Below are positions 30,656 through 40,377 of a stretch of 64,000 nucleotides of DNA, in pieces. The notes beneath the pieces are model-generated. The model saw only the letters and a list, made by a program, of their open reading frames with translations, was not told the DNA's origin and did no database searches. The stretch spans positions 512,001-576,000 of the forward strand of contig JAFATB010000006.1 in assembly GCA_019244185.1 (NCBI GenBank), given 5' to 3'. This stretch comes from Acidobacteriota bacterium (lineage in GTDB: Bacteria; Acidobacteriota; Thermoanaerobaculia; Gp7-AA8). The first letter of the stretch is position 1. Each line of letters opens with the position of its first letter. A program made the position numbers and the translations under genes.

Positions 30656-32482
30656 CTAGTTGTCGGAGAAGTTCGCCCAGCCGCTGAGGATCCAGTTGTC
30701 GCCGGGTCCGACGGCGCCGAGGTAGTCGACCGCCTCGAAGAAACCGTTGTCCGGCGGATAGGCGACGTAGTCGGCGTCGAGCGCGGGCGAGTTCGGGAGC
30801 GGCGTGAGGTCCGGCATGTACGTCCTCACGCGCGTCGGCGTGCCCATCGCGAGCATCGGGTCGACGTTGCGGTTGTACTTGTTGACGTTGAAGATGAAGT
30901 TGCGCGAGTCGGGACCGTCCGTGCGGCCGGGGAACGCGGCGTCCGAGAAGTCGCCGAAGAGAATGGAGTTGTCGAAGATCAGCGTGCCGTTGTTGCCGTT
31001 GCTGATCGTGGCCGCGTCGCGGATGTTGACCGGCGCGAGCTTGGTGCCTTCGACGATGGCGTTGTAGTACGCGCCGGCCGTGTTGCGGCGCAGCACCGCG
31101 CCGTAGTTGCCGGTGGCGCTGGCGACGCGGACGCTGGTGACGTTGTAGACGTGCTGGTTCGACAGCGGCGTATTGGCGCTGCCGTTGGCGTCGTTGTCGG
31201 CCTCGGTCAGCGTGTTCGAATCCGCCTCGTCGTTCTCCGGACGCTTGATGAACGCGGCGAACTGCACGTGCGCCTGGTTGCCGTTGTCGAAGTCGAGCGC
31301 GTCGTCGGCGCAGGCGATGCCGAGGATGTGCTTCGCGTTGGCCGTGCCGCCGAACCACTCGACACAGTCGTCCTTGTTGTGCAGCACCTCGATGTAGTCG
31401 ATGACCGTGCCGCTGCCGACGCCGCCGAGGGTGAGGCCGTTGATCTCCTGGTTCGTGGCGATCTCGAAGCCGCCGAACTCGAGGCGCACGTAGCGCAGCA
31501 CCCCCGAGGAGTCCGTCGCGTTCGCACCGCCGTACGAATACTGCGGCTGGCTGGGAAGACCTTCGAGGAACGCCTGGCCGCCCGGCACGTTGATCGGCGC
31601 GTCGCCGAGGAGCACGAGCGAGCCCCAGTCCTTCTGCGCGCGCGAGCCGACCTTCTGCGCGGAGGTCATGATGATCGGACGCTTGGCGGTGCCTTCGGCC
31701 ATGATCTTCGCGCCGCGCTGGATGAAGAGCGTCGCGCGGCCGTCGCCGCCGTAGACGACCGTGCCCGGATCGATGGTGAGCACCGCCGGCGCGGCCACGC
31801 CGACGTAGTCGTGCAGCACGTAGCGCTTGTCCGCCGTCCAGTGCTGCGAGGCCGTGATCTGGCCGCTCACGTTGACGGTCTCGTTGACGTACGAGTACAT
31901 CGCATTCGAGCGCGAGAGCACGCGCTTGCCGGCCGCGTCGCGCAGCTCGAAGACGAACTGATAGAGGCCGGTCTGGCCGCTCGGCACCGCGATCGACGCG
32001 CCGAGCACGCCGCTCACGCCCCAGCTGAGCGGCGCGCCGTCGGCCGTGCCGAACAGCACGAAGTCATTGAGCGAGGGGACGAACACGGGCACGGGCGCGC
32101 CCGCGGTGCCGAAGAGGTCGGCCTGCACGCCGGCGGCGAGAGGCGCGCCGCTGACGTTGTAGTAGCGGCGCTCGCCGGTGGTGCGGTTCTCGTTGTAGAG
32201 ATACATCGTCACCGGCGCGCCGAAGCCGTTCGGGTCGACGGTGACGCGCAGCTGCAGCGGCTCGCCGGGGTTGAAGGTGTAGTAGTTGGTCTCGAGCAGC
32301 GCGATCGGACGCGCGCCGGTCGTGTCGGTGGCATTCGCCTCCACGATGGCGCGGTCGAACGACGCGGCCGACACCGGCGCGCGGCGCACCCACTGCGTGG
32401 CCCGATCGATGCGCGCGATCTCGCGCGCCTGCGCGGCCGCGCCGAGCAGGCCGATGGCCAGAATCACCAGGATCCTCTTCAT
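30656..32482 (-). CDS. secreted parallel beta-helix protein associated with a TonB receptor
   Basis: Signal peptide; LTIDPGT, AEGTAKRPIIMTS, WGSLVLLGDAP, DSSGVLRYVRLEFGG, EINGLTLGGVGSGT, DDCVEWFGG. Confidence 0.8.
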   Translation of the reverse strand: MKRILVILAIGLLGAAAQAREIARIDRATQWVRRAPVSAASFDRAIVEANATDTTGARPIALLETNYYTFNPGEPLQLRVTVDPNGFGAPVTMYLYNENRTTGERRYYNVSGAPLAAGVQADLFGTAGAPVPVFVPSLNDFVLFGTADGAPLSWGVSGVLGASIAVPSGQTGLYQFVFELRDAAGKRVLSRSNAMYSYVNETVNVSGQITASQHWTADKRYVLHDYVGVAAPAVLTIDPGTVVYGGDGRATLFIQRGAKIMAEGTAKRPIIMTSAQKVGSRAQKDWGSLVLLGDAPINVPGGQAFLEGLPSQPQYSYGGANATDSSGVLRYVRLEFGGFEIATNQEINGLTLGGVGSGTVIDYIEVLHNKDDCVEWFGGTANAKHILGIACADDALDFDNGNQAHVQFAAFIKRPENDEADSNTLTEADNDANGSANTPLSNQHVYNVTSVRVASATGNYGAVLRRNTAGAYYNAIVEGTKLAPVNIRDAATISNGNNGTLIFDNSILFGDFSDAAFPGRTDGPDSRNFIFNVNKYNRNVDPMLAMGTPTRVRTYMPDLTPLPNSPALDADYVAYPPDNGFFEAVDYLGAVGPGDNWILSGWANFSDN

Positions 32483-32520
32483 GAACTTCCTCCTATTGGT
32501 CGTTACGTGAAACGGTGGGA

Positions 32521-35298
32521 CTAGAACGGCGTGTAGCTGAGGCTGAGGGAGACTTTGCGGCCGGGGTCGAAGCTGCGCTGGATCTGCCCGCCCTGCACGA
32601 ACTCGCGCTTCGCGTCCAGCAGGTTCGTCGCGGCGAGTTTCACTTCCAGACCCCGCGCGAGCGCGCCGAAGCTCTGCGAGAGCACGACGTCGAACGTCGT
32701 CGACGCCGACTCGTACGTGTCCGGCAGGCCGAACGCGCCGACTTCCGTCAGACGCTTGCCGCCGTACGCGCCGAGGATGCGGAACATCGTGCCCCACTGC
32801 GGGTGATAGAACTGGAGCGCGAGGTTGGCGACGTCGTCCGACTGCCCTTCGAGCGGACGATTCGTGTTCGTGACGACGGAGAACTGATGCTCGCCGACGT
32901 CGACTTGCGACTGGATGTGCGCGTAGTTCGCGTTGACGGACCAGAGCCGCAGCGCCGGCAGGAGCGATTCGAGCGACCGGCGGAACTCGAGCTCGACGCC
33001 GTAGAGGTTCGCGCTGTCGGCGTTGACGAACGACTGGCGGAAGTCGCTGGTCGGCTGCACGATGCGCTCGATCGGCGAGTCGATGCGCTTGTAGAACGCG
33101 CTCGCCGCGACCACTTCGCCCGGCGTCGGGAACGCTTCCCAACGCACGTCGTAGCTGTCGAGGATGGCCTGCTGCAGATCCGGATTGCCGGAGATCGAGC
33201 GGCCGCCCGCGACTTCCGTGAACGTGAACGGGCTGAGCTCGCGGAACTCCGGACGATTCACCGAACGCCCGTACGCGAAGCGCAGATTCATCCGCTCCGC
33301 GAGCTCGTACACGACGTTGAGCGACGGCAGGATGTTGTTGTTGTCGTGGATCGAGTCGACGGTCGAGTCGACCGCGAACGGATCGAAGGTCGAGACGCGC
33401 TGCTTCGAGCTCTCGTAGCGCGCGCCGCCGATGACGCGCCATTTGCCGAACGTGAAGTCTTCCATCGCGTACGCGGCGTCGACGGTGTGCTCGGCGTCGT
33501 AGGCGTCGTTGACGCCGGTGGTCTCGCGGATCTCGAAGCCGTTCGGACGGATGTTCGCGGCGGTGTAGATCTCGTCCGGCGTCTGCGTGAGATCGAACTG
33601 CTGGAAGTTCGACGTGACGAAGCGAAAGCGCCGCGCCGCGAAGTCGCGCGTCCGCTTCTGCCAGTCGATGCCGCCCTTCACGCTGCCGGACCAGCTGCCT
33701 TCGGGCTTGGCGAAGAAGACCGAGTACGCGGCGCCCGCCTGATTCACCTCATCGTCGAGGTTGAAGTACTCGAGCTTGCCGGAGTCCGCGAAGCCGGTCT
33801 GCATCTGGAAGACGCCGGGATCGGACTCGCGGTAGATGTTCTCGCGCAGGTCGGAGTCGTTCGATGCCGTCGAATGCGCGACGCTCCACTCGACCAGGCT
33901 GCCCATGCCCGGGCCGCCGAGGTTGTGGTCGCCGCGCAGGCGCGTCGAGAGCACCTGCTCGAGCTGGTAGCGCACGCGGAAGTCCTGGATGTCGCCGCCG
34001 GAGTTCGTCTGCAGGCCTTCCTGGAAACGATCTTCGGACGCCGCGTCGCGCGTGAGCACGGAGCTGAGGTAGATGCGGTTCTGATCGTTGAGGCGGTACG
34101 AGAGATTGCCGACGAAGCCGCTGGTCGCGCTCTCGCGGTTCGTGGTGAGGTCGTAGTCGTTGAACGCGACGAGCTCGTTGTTCGCGTCGAGGCCGAAGTA
34201 GCGCTGCTGTTCGTCGATCGTGTTGTAGCCGTGGTTCGAGACGCCGGAGACGACCACGCCGAGCCGGCCGAACGTGTTGCCGTACGTCAGCGCGTAATCG
34301 GTCGCGGGCGGCGCGGACTTCGTGTCGCTGCCGGTCCACTGTCCGACGAAGAGCTGGCCGATCTGCTGCAGCTCCTGCGGCGTGAAGCCGTTCGGATTGA
34401 GGATGCTCGCGCGCTGCAGGAACTCCGACGGCACGCCGGCGGGCAGTTCCTGTCCGCCGTTGCCGAGGCGCGAGAGGCCGCCCGCGTACGTGCGGAAATG
34501 CTCGCCCGTCGTGCCGCTCTGGTAGCCGGTGCCGACAGTGAACTTGAGCGACTGCGCGCCGGGGAACTGCGTGGTGACCATCTCGACGACGCCGCTGCCG
34601 AAGTCGCCCGGCTTGTCGGGCGTGTACGTCTTGACGACGTTGACGGAGTCGAGGAGCTTCGCCGGAAAGAGATCGAGCGGCACGACGCGCTTTTCCGTTT
34701 CGGTGGTCGGCACGGTCGAGCCGTTGATGGTCGTGCCGCTGTAACGCTCGCCGAGTCCGCGCACGAAGACGTACTTGTCGCCGAGGAGCGTGACGCCGGT
34801 GAGGCGCTCGACGACGCCGGCGGCGCTGGAGTCGGGCGTCTTCTTGATCTCTTCCGCGGAGATCGAGTCGCTCACGACGGGCGCTTCGCGGCGGCTCTCG
34901 AGGATCGCCACCTCGCCGGTCTTCTCGCCCTGCGCGACGACTTCGACGGTCTCGCCGAACGCCGGCACGACCGTGAACGCGACGTCGAGTTTCTGGCCGG
35001 TGGTGAGCTTGAGATGCTTCGACACCGGCTTGAAGCCGTCGAGCGCGGTCTCGATGACGTAGTCCCCCGGCGCGAGGTTGGCGATGCGGAACTCGCCGTG
35101 CGCGCCGCTGACCTCCACTTTCGCCGACGACGCGTCGCCCGCTTTCGTCGCCGTGACGGTCACGCCCGGGACGGCCGCGCCGTCGGAATCACGCACCACG
35201 CCCGCCACCACCGCACCCCCGCCGGCTTGCGCAAACAGTGAGGTCGGAATCAGAAACACGACGAGCAGCAGGAGCGAACGAAAGCGCGAAACGAACAT
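32521..35298 (-). CDS. TonB-dependent receptor with N-terminal carboxypeptidase-regulatory-like domain
   Basis: Signal peptide; VAGVVRDSDGAAVPGVTV, plug motifs FVRGLGERY and VVPLDLFP, GNPDL, NLLD, C-terminal YTPF. Confidence 0.93.
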   Translation of the reverse strand: MFVSRFRSLLLLVVFLIPTSLFAQAGGGAVVAGVVRDSDGAAVPGVTVTATKAGDASSAKVEVSGAHGEFRIANLAPGDYVIETALDGFKPVSKHLKLTTGQKLDVAFTVVPAFGETVEVVAQGEKTGEVAILESRREAPVVSDSISAEEIKKTPDSSAAGVVERLTGVTLLGDKYVFVRGLGERYSGTTINGSTVPTTETEKRVVPLDLFPAKLLDSVNVVKTYTPDKPGDFGSGVVEMVTTQFPGAQSLKFTVGTGYQSGTTGEHFRTYAGGLSRLGNGGQELPAGVPSEFLQRASILNPNGFTPQELQQIGQLFVGQWTGSDTKSAPPATDYALTYGNTFGRLGVVVSGVSNHGYNTIDEQQRYFGLDANNELVAFNDYDLTTNRESATSGFVGNLSYRLNDQNRIYLSSVLTRDAASEDRFQEGLQTNSGGDIQDFRVRYQLEQVLSTRLRGDHNLGGPGMGSLVEWSVAHSTASNDSDLRENIYRESDPGVFQMQTGFADSGKLEYFNLDDEVNQAGAAYSVFFAKPEGSWSGSVKGGIDWQKRTRDFAARRFRFVTSNFQQFDLTQTPDEIYTAANIRPNGFEIRETTGVNDAYDAEHTVDAAYAMEDFTFGKWRVIGGARYESSKQRVSTFDPFAVDSTVDSIHDNNNILPSLNVVYELAERMNLRFAYGRSVNRPEFRELSPFTFTEVAGGRSISGNPDLQQAILDSYDVRWEAFPTPGEVVAASAFYKRIDSPIERIVQPTSDFRQSFVNADSANLYGVELEFRRSLESLLPALRLWSVNANYAHIQSQVDVGEHQFSVVTNTNRPLEGQSDDVANLALQFYHPQWGTMFRILGAYGGKRLTEVGAFGLPDTYESASTTFDVVLSQSFGALARGLEVKLAATNLLDAKREFVQGGQIQRSFDPGRKVSLSLSYTPF

Positions 35299-35304
35299 GC
35301 GCGG

Positions 35305-35370
35305 ACTATAGAAACCGCGCGAAAACCGGTCCGCCGCGTGCCGTGAAGTCGACGTAAAGTTCTCGTGCAG
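35305..35370 (-). promoter_or_regulatory. candidate Pho-box array plus -10 element for the TonB receptor operon
   Basis: Minus strand CTGCACGA, CTTTACGT, CTTCACGG at 11-bp spacing (35363, 35352, 35341); TATAGT 6 nt before the ATG. Confidence 0.55.
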
Positions 35371-35433
35371 CACCGAGCGGCCTCACGACCTGCGCCCTTG
35401 TGAGAATGGCCGCACGCTCCGATACTGCGGCAT

Positions 35434-36138
35434 ATGAAACGACTCCTCGTGCTCGTGGTCCTCGCGGCGGCGCTCCCGCTCGCCGCCGCCGAACCGCCGC
35501 TGACGAATCAGGACATCGTCGAGATGACGAAAGCGGGACTCTCGGCCGAGACGATCGTCGCGAAGATCCGCCACAGCGAGGTCGCCTTTCACACCGACTC
35601 GCAGATGCTGATCGAGCTCGTCGGCGACGGCGTGGCCGACGCGGTGATCCGCGCGATGATCGAGCAGCAGGACGCGCAGTCGCACGCGTCGACGCACATC
35701 GCGACGACGCCTGCGCAGCCGCAGCCGGCGACGCCAGCCGCATCGCCCGCGAAACCCATGACGGCGCCGGCGCCAGTCACCACCGCGACGCCCGCGTCCG
35801 CGCCCGCGCCGGCGCCGGCGCCGCGCACCCGCAAGAAGCACAAACGCATCGACGAGGTCTCCGTCGCCACCGACGGAGGCGGACGCTGCGATCACGCGAC
35901 GCTCGATCTGTCGTCGACCGGCCTCAAGACCACCGGCTGCCACGAGACGGACGTCGACGTGGCGTGGAAGGACGTGCAGTCCGTCTGCTACGTCTACTCG
36001 TTCCGCAGCACGCTCGTCATCGGCACCGCGAACGGCGAGCGCCGCATCTACACGAGCAGCCCCGCGGAGCTGAAAGCGCTGCACGATTCGATTCGCGCGT
36101 TCGCGCCTGGCACGCGTGAGGAATCATCGTGTCACTGA
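35434..36138 (+). CDS. secreted hypothetical protein (helical N-domain, Pro/Ala linker, PH-like C-domain)
   Basis: Signal peptide; LTNQDIVEMTKAGLSAETIVAKI motif; stop 1 bp before ppx. Confidence 0.7.
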   Translation: MKRLLVLVVLAAALPLAAAEPPLTNQDIVEMTKAGLSAETIVAKIRHSEVAFHTDSQMLIELVGDGVADAVIRAMIEQQDAQSHASTHIATTPAQPQPATPAASPAKPMTAPAPVTTATPASAPAPAPAPRTRKKHKRIDEVSVATDGGGRCDHATLDLSSTGLKTTGCHETDVDVAWKDVQSVCYVYSFRSTLVIGTANGERRIYTSSPAELKALHDSIRAFAPGTREESSCH

Positions 36139-36139
36139 C

Positions 36140-37672
36140 ATGACCGACCGACCGAAGAAGCTCGCCGCGATCGACGTCGGGACGAACTCGATCCACATGA
36201 TCGTGGCCGAGGCGCGCGAAGGCGCGAGGTATCGCGTCGTCGACCGCGAGAAGGAGATGGTGCAGCTCGGCCTGGCCAGCCTCGGCGGACAACCGCTCAC
36301 CGACGCCGCCATGGACCGCGCCGTCACCGCGCTCGCGCGCATGAGCGGCATCGCCAAGCGCTGGAGCGTCGACGAGCTGCACGCCGTCGCCACGAGCGCC
36401 GTGCGCGAAGCGCCGAACCGGCGCGACTTTCTGAAGCGCGTCCGCGACGAGACCGGCATCAAGCTGCGCGTCATTTCCGGCGAGGAAGAAGCGGACTACA
36501 TCTACCGCGCCGTGCGCGGCGCCGTCGACATCGGCGAGAGCACCGCGCTCTGCATCGACATCGGCGGCGGCAGCACGGAGTTCATCGTCGGCACCGAAGA
36601 CGAGGTGTTCTTCACCGCGAGCGAACGACTCGGCTCGCTGCGCCTCGCGCAGCAGTTCTCGCTCATCGACCGCGTGCCGCAGGCATCGATCGACGCGTGC
36701 CGCCGCCACGTGCACGAGCGCGCCGCGCGCATCGCCAAACGCATCCGGCGCATCGGCATCGACATGACCATCGGCACGTCCGGCACGATCCAGGCGCTGG
36801 CCGCGATCTGCTGCGGCGACGCGGACGCGGGCGCGCACGGACTCAAGCCACTCTCGCACGCGCGCCTCGCCGCGATCCTTCCAGAGCTCGCGCCGATGAC
36901 CGCCGCCGAACGCGCCGCGCGCTTCAATGTCGACGAGAAACGCGCGGCCACACTCGTCGGCGGCGCGATCGCCATCGACGAGTTCCTCACGCTTCTCGGC
37001 GTGCCGTCGCTGCTCGCCTGTCCCGTCGCCATGCGCGAGGGCATCATCGAGAGCCGCGTCTCGCAGCTCGCGCGCACGTCGAAGGCGGGCGGCTCGCTGC
37101 GCCGGCGTTCCGTGCTGACGATGGCGCAGCGCACCGAATGCGACCTTCGCCACGCGAACCACGTCGCGCGCCTAGCGCTGCGCATCTTCGATCAGCTCCC
37201 CGCCGTGCACGGTCTCAACGGCGACGCGCGCGAGCTCCTGCAGTACGCGGCGCTGCTGCACGAGAGCGGCCTGCACATCAGCGACCGCGGTCACCACAAG
37301 CACACCTACTATTTGATTCGTCACGGCGACCTGCGCGGCTTCACGGACGAGCAGCTGATCGTGCTCGCGAACGTCGCGCGCTACTACCGCAAGGCACCGC
37401 CGCGCGGCGCCGACGCGAACTTCCTCGAGCTGAGCGACGAGCAGCGCCAGCGCGTGCAGCGCCTCGCCGCCATCCTGCGCATCGCCGAAGGTCTCGACCG
37501 CGGCCACCGGCAGCGCGTGCGCGACGTCGCCGTCGAGGTGCGCAAGCAGGCCGTGCGCTTCACCGCGCGCACGCGCGCCAGCGCCGACGTCGAGCTGACC
37601 AGCGCCGAGAAACGCGCGAAGTATTTCGCGTCGCTCTTCGAGAAACGCGTCGAATTCGACACGGTCGCGTAA
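36140..37672 (+). CDS. ppx: Ppx/GppA exopolyphosphatase with C-terminal HD domain
   Basis: AAIDVGTNSIH, ATSAVREAPN, ISGEEEA, DIGGGSTE, MREG, ALLHESG..HHKH. Confidence 0.92.
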   Translation: MTDRPKKLAAIDVGTNSIHMIVAEAREGARYRVVDREKEMVQLGLASLGGQPLTDAAMDRAVTALARMSGIAKRWSVDELHAVATSAVREAPNRRDFLKRVRDETGIKLRVISGEEEADYIYRAVRGAVDIGESTALCIDIGGGSTEFIVGTEDEVFFTASERLGSLRLAQQFSLIDRVPQASIDACRRHVHERAARIAKRIRRIGIDMTIGTSGTIQALAAICCGDADAGAHGLKPLSHARLAAILPELAPMTAAERAARFNVDEKRAATLVGGAIAIDEFLTLLGVPSLLACPVAMREGIIESRVSQLARTSKAGGSLRRRSVLTMAQRTECDLRHANHVARLALRIFDQLPAVHGLNGDARELLQYAALLHESGLHISDRGHHKHTYYLIRHGDLRGFTDEQLIVLANVARYYRKAPPRGADANFLELSDEQRQRVQRLAAILRIAEGLDRGHRQRVRDVAVEVRKQAVRFTARTRASADVELTSAEKRAKYFASLFEKRVEFDTVA

Positions 37673-37782
37673 ATCCTTTCCCCACCTTTTGCCGATCTTC
37701 TCCGCGTTGCGCACGCGTCCTTCACCTCCGCCGCGCAGGTGCATCAACTCGGCCTTCTATAGTCGCGAGCCGGAGGTTCCGC

Positions 37783-39501
37783 ATGCCGCTTTCCATCGCC
37801 GCGAACCCGGTCGTCGACCATCTCACCGGCGTCCACACGCTCTCGCGCTTCTACGACACGCTGCCGCGCGAACAGGCCACGCCGTTTCTCGAGACCGTGC
37901 GCCGCGAGCTCGGCCTGGCCTGCACGGTTTCCGATGACGACCTCGCGCGCATTCCGCGCACTGGACCGGTCGTCGTCGTGGCGAACCATCCGTTCGGCGC
38001 GGCGGAAGGGATCGTCCTCGCCCGCATCCTCGGCAGCGTTCGCACCGACGTGCGCGTGCTCGCGAATCAACTGCTCGGCCGCATCCCCGAACTGCGCGAC
38101 GACTTCATCCTCGTCGATCCGTTTCACGCGACGCCGAACGCGACCAACATCCGCGGCCTGCGCCACGCGCTCGCGCACGTCGCGCGCGGCGGCATGCTGG
38201 CCGTCTTTCCCGCCGGCACCGTCTCGCATCTGCAGCTCGACCGCATGACCGTCGACGATGCGCGCTGGTCGCCGAACATCGCGCGGCTCGTGCGCCGCAC
38301 GAAAGCCACGGTCTTGCCGGTCTACTTCCCGGGCACGAACGGCCCGCTGTTCCAGCTCGCCGGGCTGCTGCATCCCGCGCTGCGCACCGCGCTCCTGCCG
38401 CACGCGCTGCTCGACCGCCGGCACACGCGCATGGAGATGCGCATCGGGCGGCCGATCGAATGGTCGCGGCTCGCGCATCTCGACGATGACGACGCGCTCA
38501 TCCTCCACCTGCGCCGCCGCACGTACGTGCTGCGCCATCGCGACGCCCACGCGCCGCACAACGCCGCCGCGCAGCACGACGCCGTGCCGAAGCCGCGCGG
38601 CCCGCGCGCGCCGATCGCGCCTCCGCGTCCGTCGCGGATGCTCGCGCGCGAAGTCTCGGCGCTGCCGGCGCTCGCATCGAGCGGCGCGCTCGACGTCTTC
38701 GTCGCCAGCGCCGATCGCATCCCGAACGTACTGCAGGAAATCGGACGCCTGCGCGAGCTCACGTTCCGCGACGCCGGCGAAGGCACCGGCAACGCGAGCG
38801 ATCTCGACGCTTTCGACAGCTACTACCAGCATCTCTTCCTCTGGAACCGCGACCGCGAGGAAGTCGCCGGCGCGTATCGCCTCGGCGTGGTCGCGCCGAT
38901 CCTCGGCAAGTACGGCATCGGCGGCCTCTACACCTCCACGCTCTTCCGCTACAAGGCGGAGTTCTTCCGGCAGCTCGGCCGCAACGCCGTGGAGCTCGGC
39001 CGGTCGTGGATCCGCGCCGAATACCAGAAGAGCTACGCGCCGCTGCTGCTGCTCTGGAAAGGCATCGGCGCGTTCGTCGTCGCCAATCCCGACGCGTGCG
39101 TCCTCTTCGGTCCGGCGAGCATCTCGAACGAATACGAGGCGTCGTCGCGCGCGCTCATGGCGCGCTATCTCACCGACGACGTGCACGCGCGCGACCTCGC
39201 CGCGCACGTGCGGCCGCGCGCGCCGTTCCGCCTGCCCGCCTGCGAGCGCGCCGCCGACTTCGACGAGCTGCAGGAGCTCCTGCTCGAGATCGAGAACGGA
39301 CGCCGCGGCGTGCCCGTGCTGCTGCGCCAGTATCTGAACATCGGCGCGCGCGTGGCCGCGCTGAACGTCGACCGCAACTTCAGCGACGTCCTCGACGCGC
39401 TCGTCGTCGTCGACCTGCGCACGACGCCCGACAAAACGCTCGCCCGCTATCTCACCGCCGAAGGAGCGCGTGCGTTTCGCGCGCACCACCAGCGGTCATG
39501 A
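37783..39501 (+). CDS. PlsC-like O-acyltransferase fused to OlsB-like GNAT N-acyltransferase (OlsF-like aminolipid synthase)
   Basis: VVANHPFGAAEG and FPAG (acyltransferase); EIGRLRELTFR, DLDAFD, GAYR, ELGRS, LLWKGI, PVLLRQY (GNAT); SD GGAGG. Confidence 0.85.
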   Translation: MPLSIAANPVVDHLTGVHTLSRFYDTLPREQATPFLETVRRELGLACTVSDDDLARIPRTGPVVVVANHPFGAAEGIVLARILGSVRTDVRVLANQLLGRIPELRDDFILVDPFHATPNATNIRGLRHALAHVARGGMLAVFPAGTVSHLQLDRMTVDDARWSPNIARLVRRTKATVLPVYFPGTNGPLFQLAGLLHPALRTALLPHALLDRRHTRMEMRIGRPIEWSRLAHLDDDDALILHLRRRTYVLRHRDAHAPHNAAAQHDAVPKPRGPRAPIAPPRPSRMLAREVSALPALASSGALDVFVASADRIPNVLQEIGRLRELTFRDAGEGTGNASDLDAFDSYYQHLFLWNRDREEVAGAYRLGVVAPILGKYGIGGLYTSTLFRYKAEFFRQLGRNAVELGRSWIRAEYQKSYAPLLLLWKGIGAFVVANPDACVLFGPASISNEYEASSRALMARYLTDDVHARDLAAHVRPRAPFRLPACERAADFDELQELLLEIENGRRGVPVLLRQYLNIGARVAALNVDRNFSDVLDALVVVDLRTTPDKTLARYLTAEGARAFRAHHQRS

Positions 39502-40337
39502 ACACCACCATGACCACGTCCGACATCCAGGCCGGCCTCAAGGCCTTCGAAGGCGACATCGCCGAGCTGCCGATTCCGGAGCTGCTGCAGTTCATCCACA
39601 TCAGCGGCCGCGACGGCGTGCTCGTGGTCAGCGACGTCGCCGGCAAGCCGCGCGCGGTGCTGCACTACGCGGACGCGAACATCATCCACGCCACGTGCGA
39701 CGGCATCACCGGCCGCGACGCGGTCTTCGCGTCGATCGCGTTCACGACCGGGCGCTTCGAGTTCTATCGCGGCAAGGCCTCGTACATCGAACGCACGATC
39801 GAAGAGAACGTGCAGAACCTCATCCTCGAAGGATTGCGGCGGATGGACGAGCTCTCGCACGTCGCCTCGCTCCTGCCGAAGGATCACGAGCCGCTCTTCC
39901 TCGCGCCCGAGCCGCCGCACGACGACATCCGCCTGACCGCGAAAGAGTGGCGCGTGCTGTCGCTCGTCAACGGCAAGCGCAGCATTCGCCAGATCCTCGA
40001 CGCCGCGCAGCGCGAGGAGTCGGAAGTGCGCGGCATCCTCGTCGGACTGCTCGCGGCCGATCTCATCGTCGACCGCCGCGACGACTCGTATCTCGACGCG
40101 ATCGTCCCGCGCCAGCTGCGCCAGAGCGAGCTGCGCGAGACGCGCTACGCGCCGCCGACGCTCATCGCGAACCTGCTGCTCAAGTCGTGCGACGGCCGCC
40201 GCAACGCGCGCGAGCTCATGCTGGAGATGAAGCTCGACGAACGTCAGCTCGTCGAAGAACTGAAGCTCCTCGTGCGCACGCACTGGATCGTGATCACCGC
40301 CGGCGAGGAGCAGTTCCGCCGCCTCGCGCAGGAATGA
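39498..40337 (+). CDS. DUF4388 domain protein with winged-helix-like C-terminal repeats
   Basis: FEGDIAELPIPELLQFI...RDGVL, GRFEF, LILEGLRRMDE, EWRVLSLVNGKRSI; ATGA overlap with the upstream gene. Confidence 0.82.
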   Translation: MNTTMTTSDIQAGLKAFEGDIAELPIPELLQFIHISGRDGVLVVSDVAGKPRAVLHYADANIIHATCDGITGRDAVFASIAFTTGRFEFYRGKASYIERTIEENVQNLILEGLRRMDELSHVASLLPKDHEPLFLAPEPPHDDIRLTAKEWRVLSLVNGKRSIRQILDAAQREESEVRGILVGLLAADLIVDRRDDSYLDAIVPRQLRQSELRETRYAPPTLIANLLLKSCDGRRNARELMLEMKLDERQLVEELKLLVRTHWIVITAGEEQFRRLAQE

Positions 40338-40377
40338 CGCGCGCACGGAACGTGCTTCGTTCGCGGGCACGACGGCC

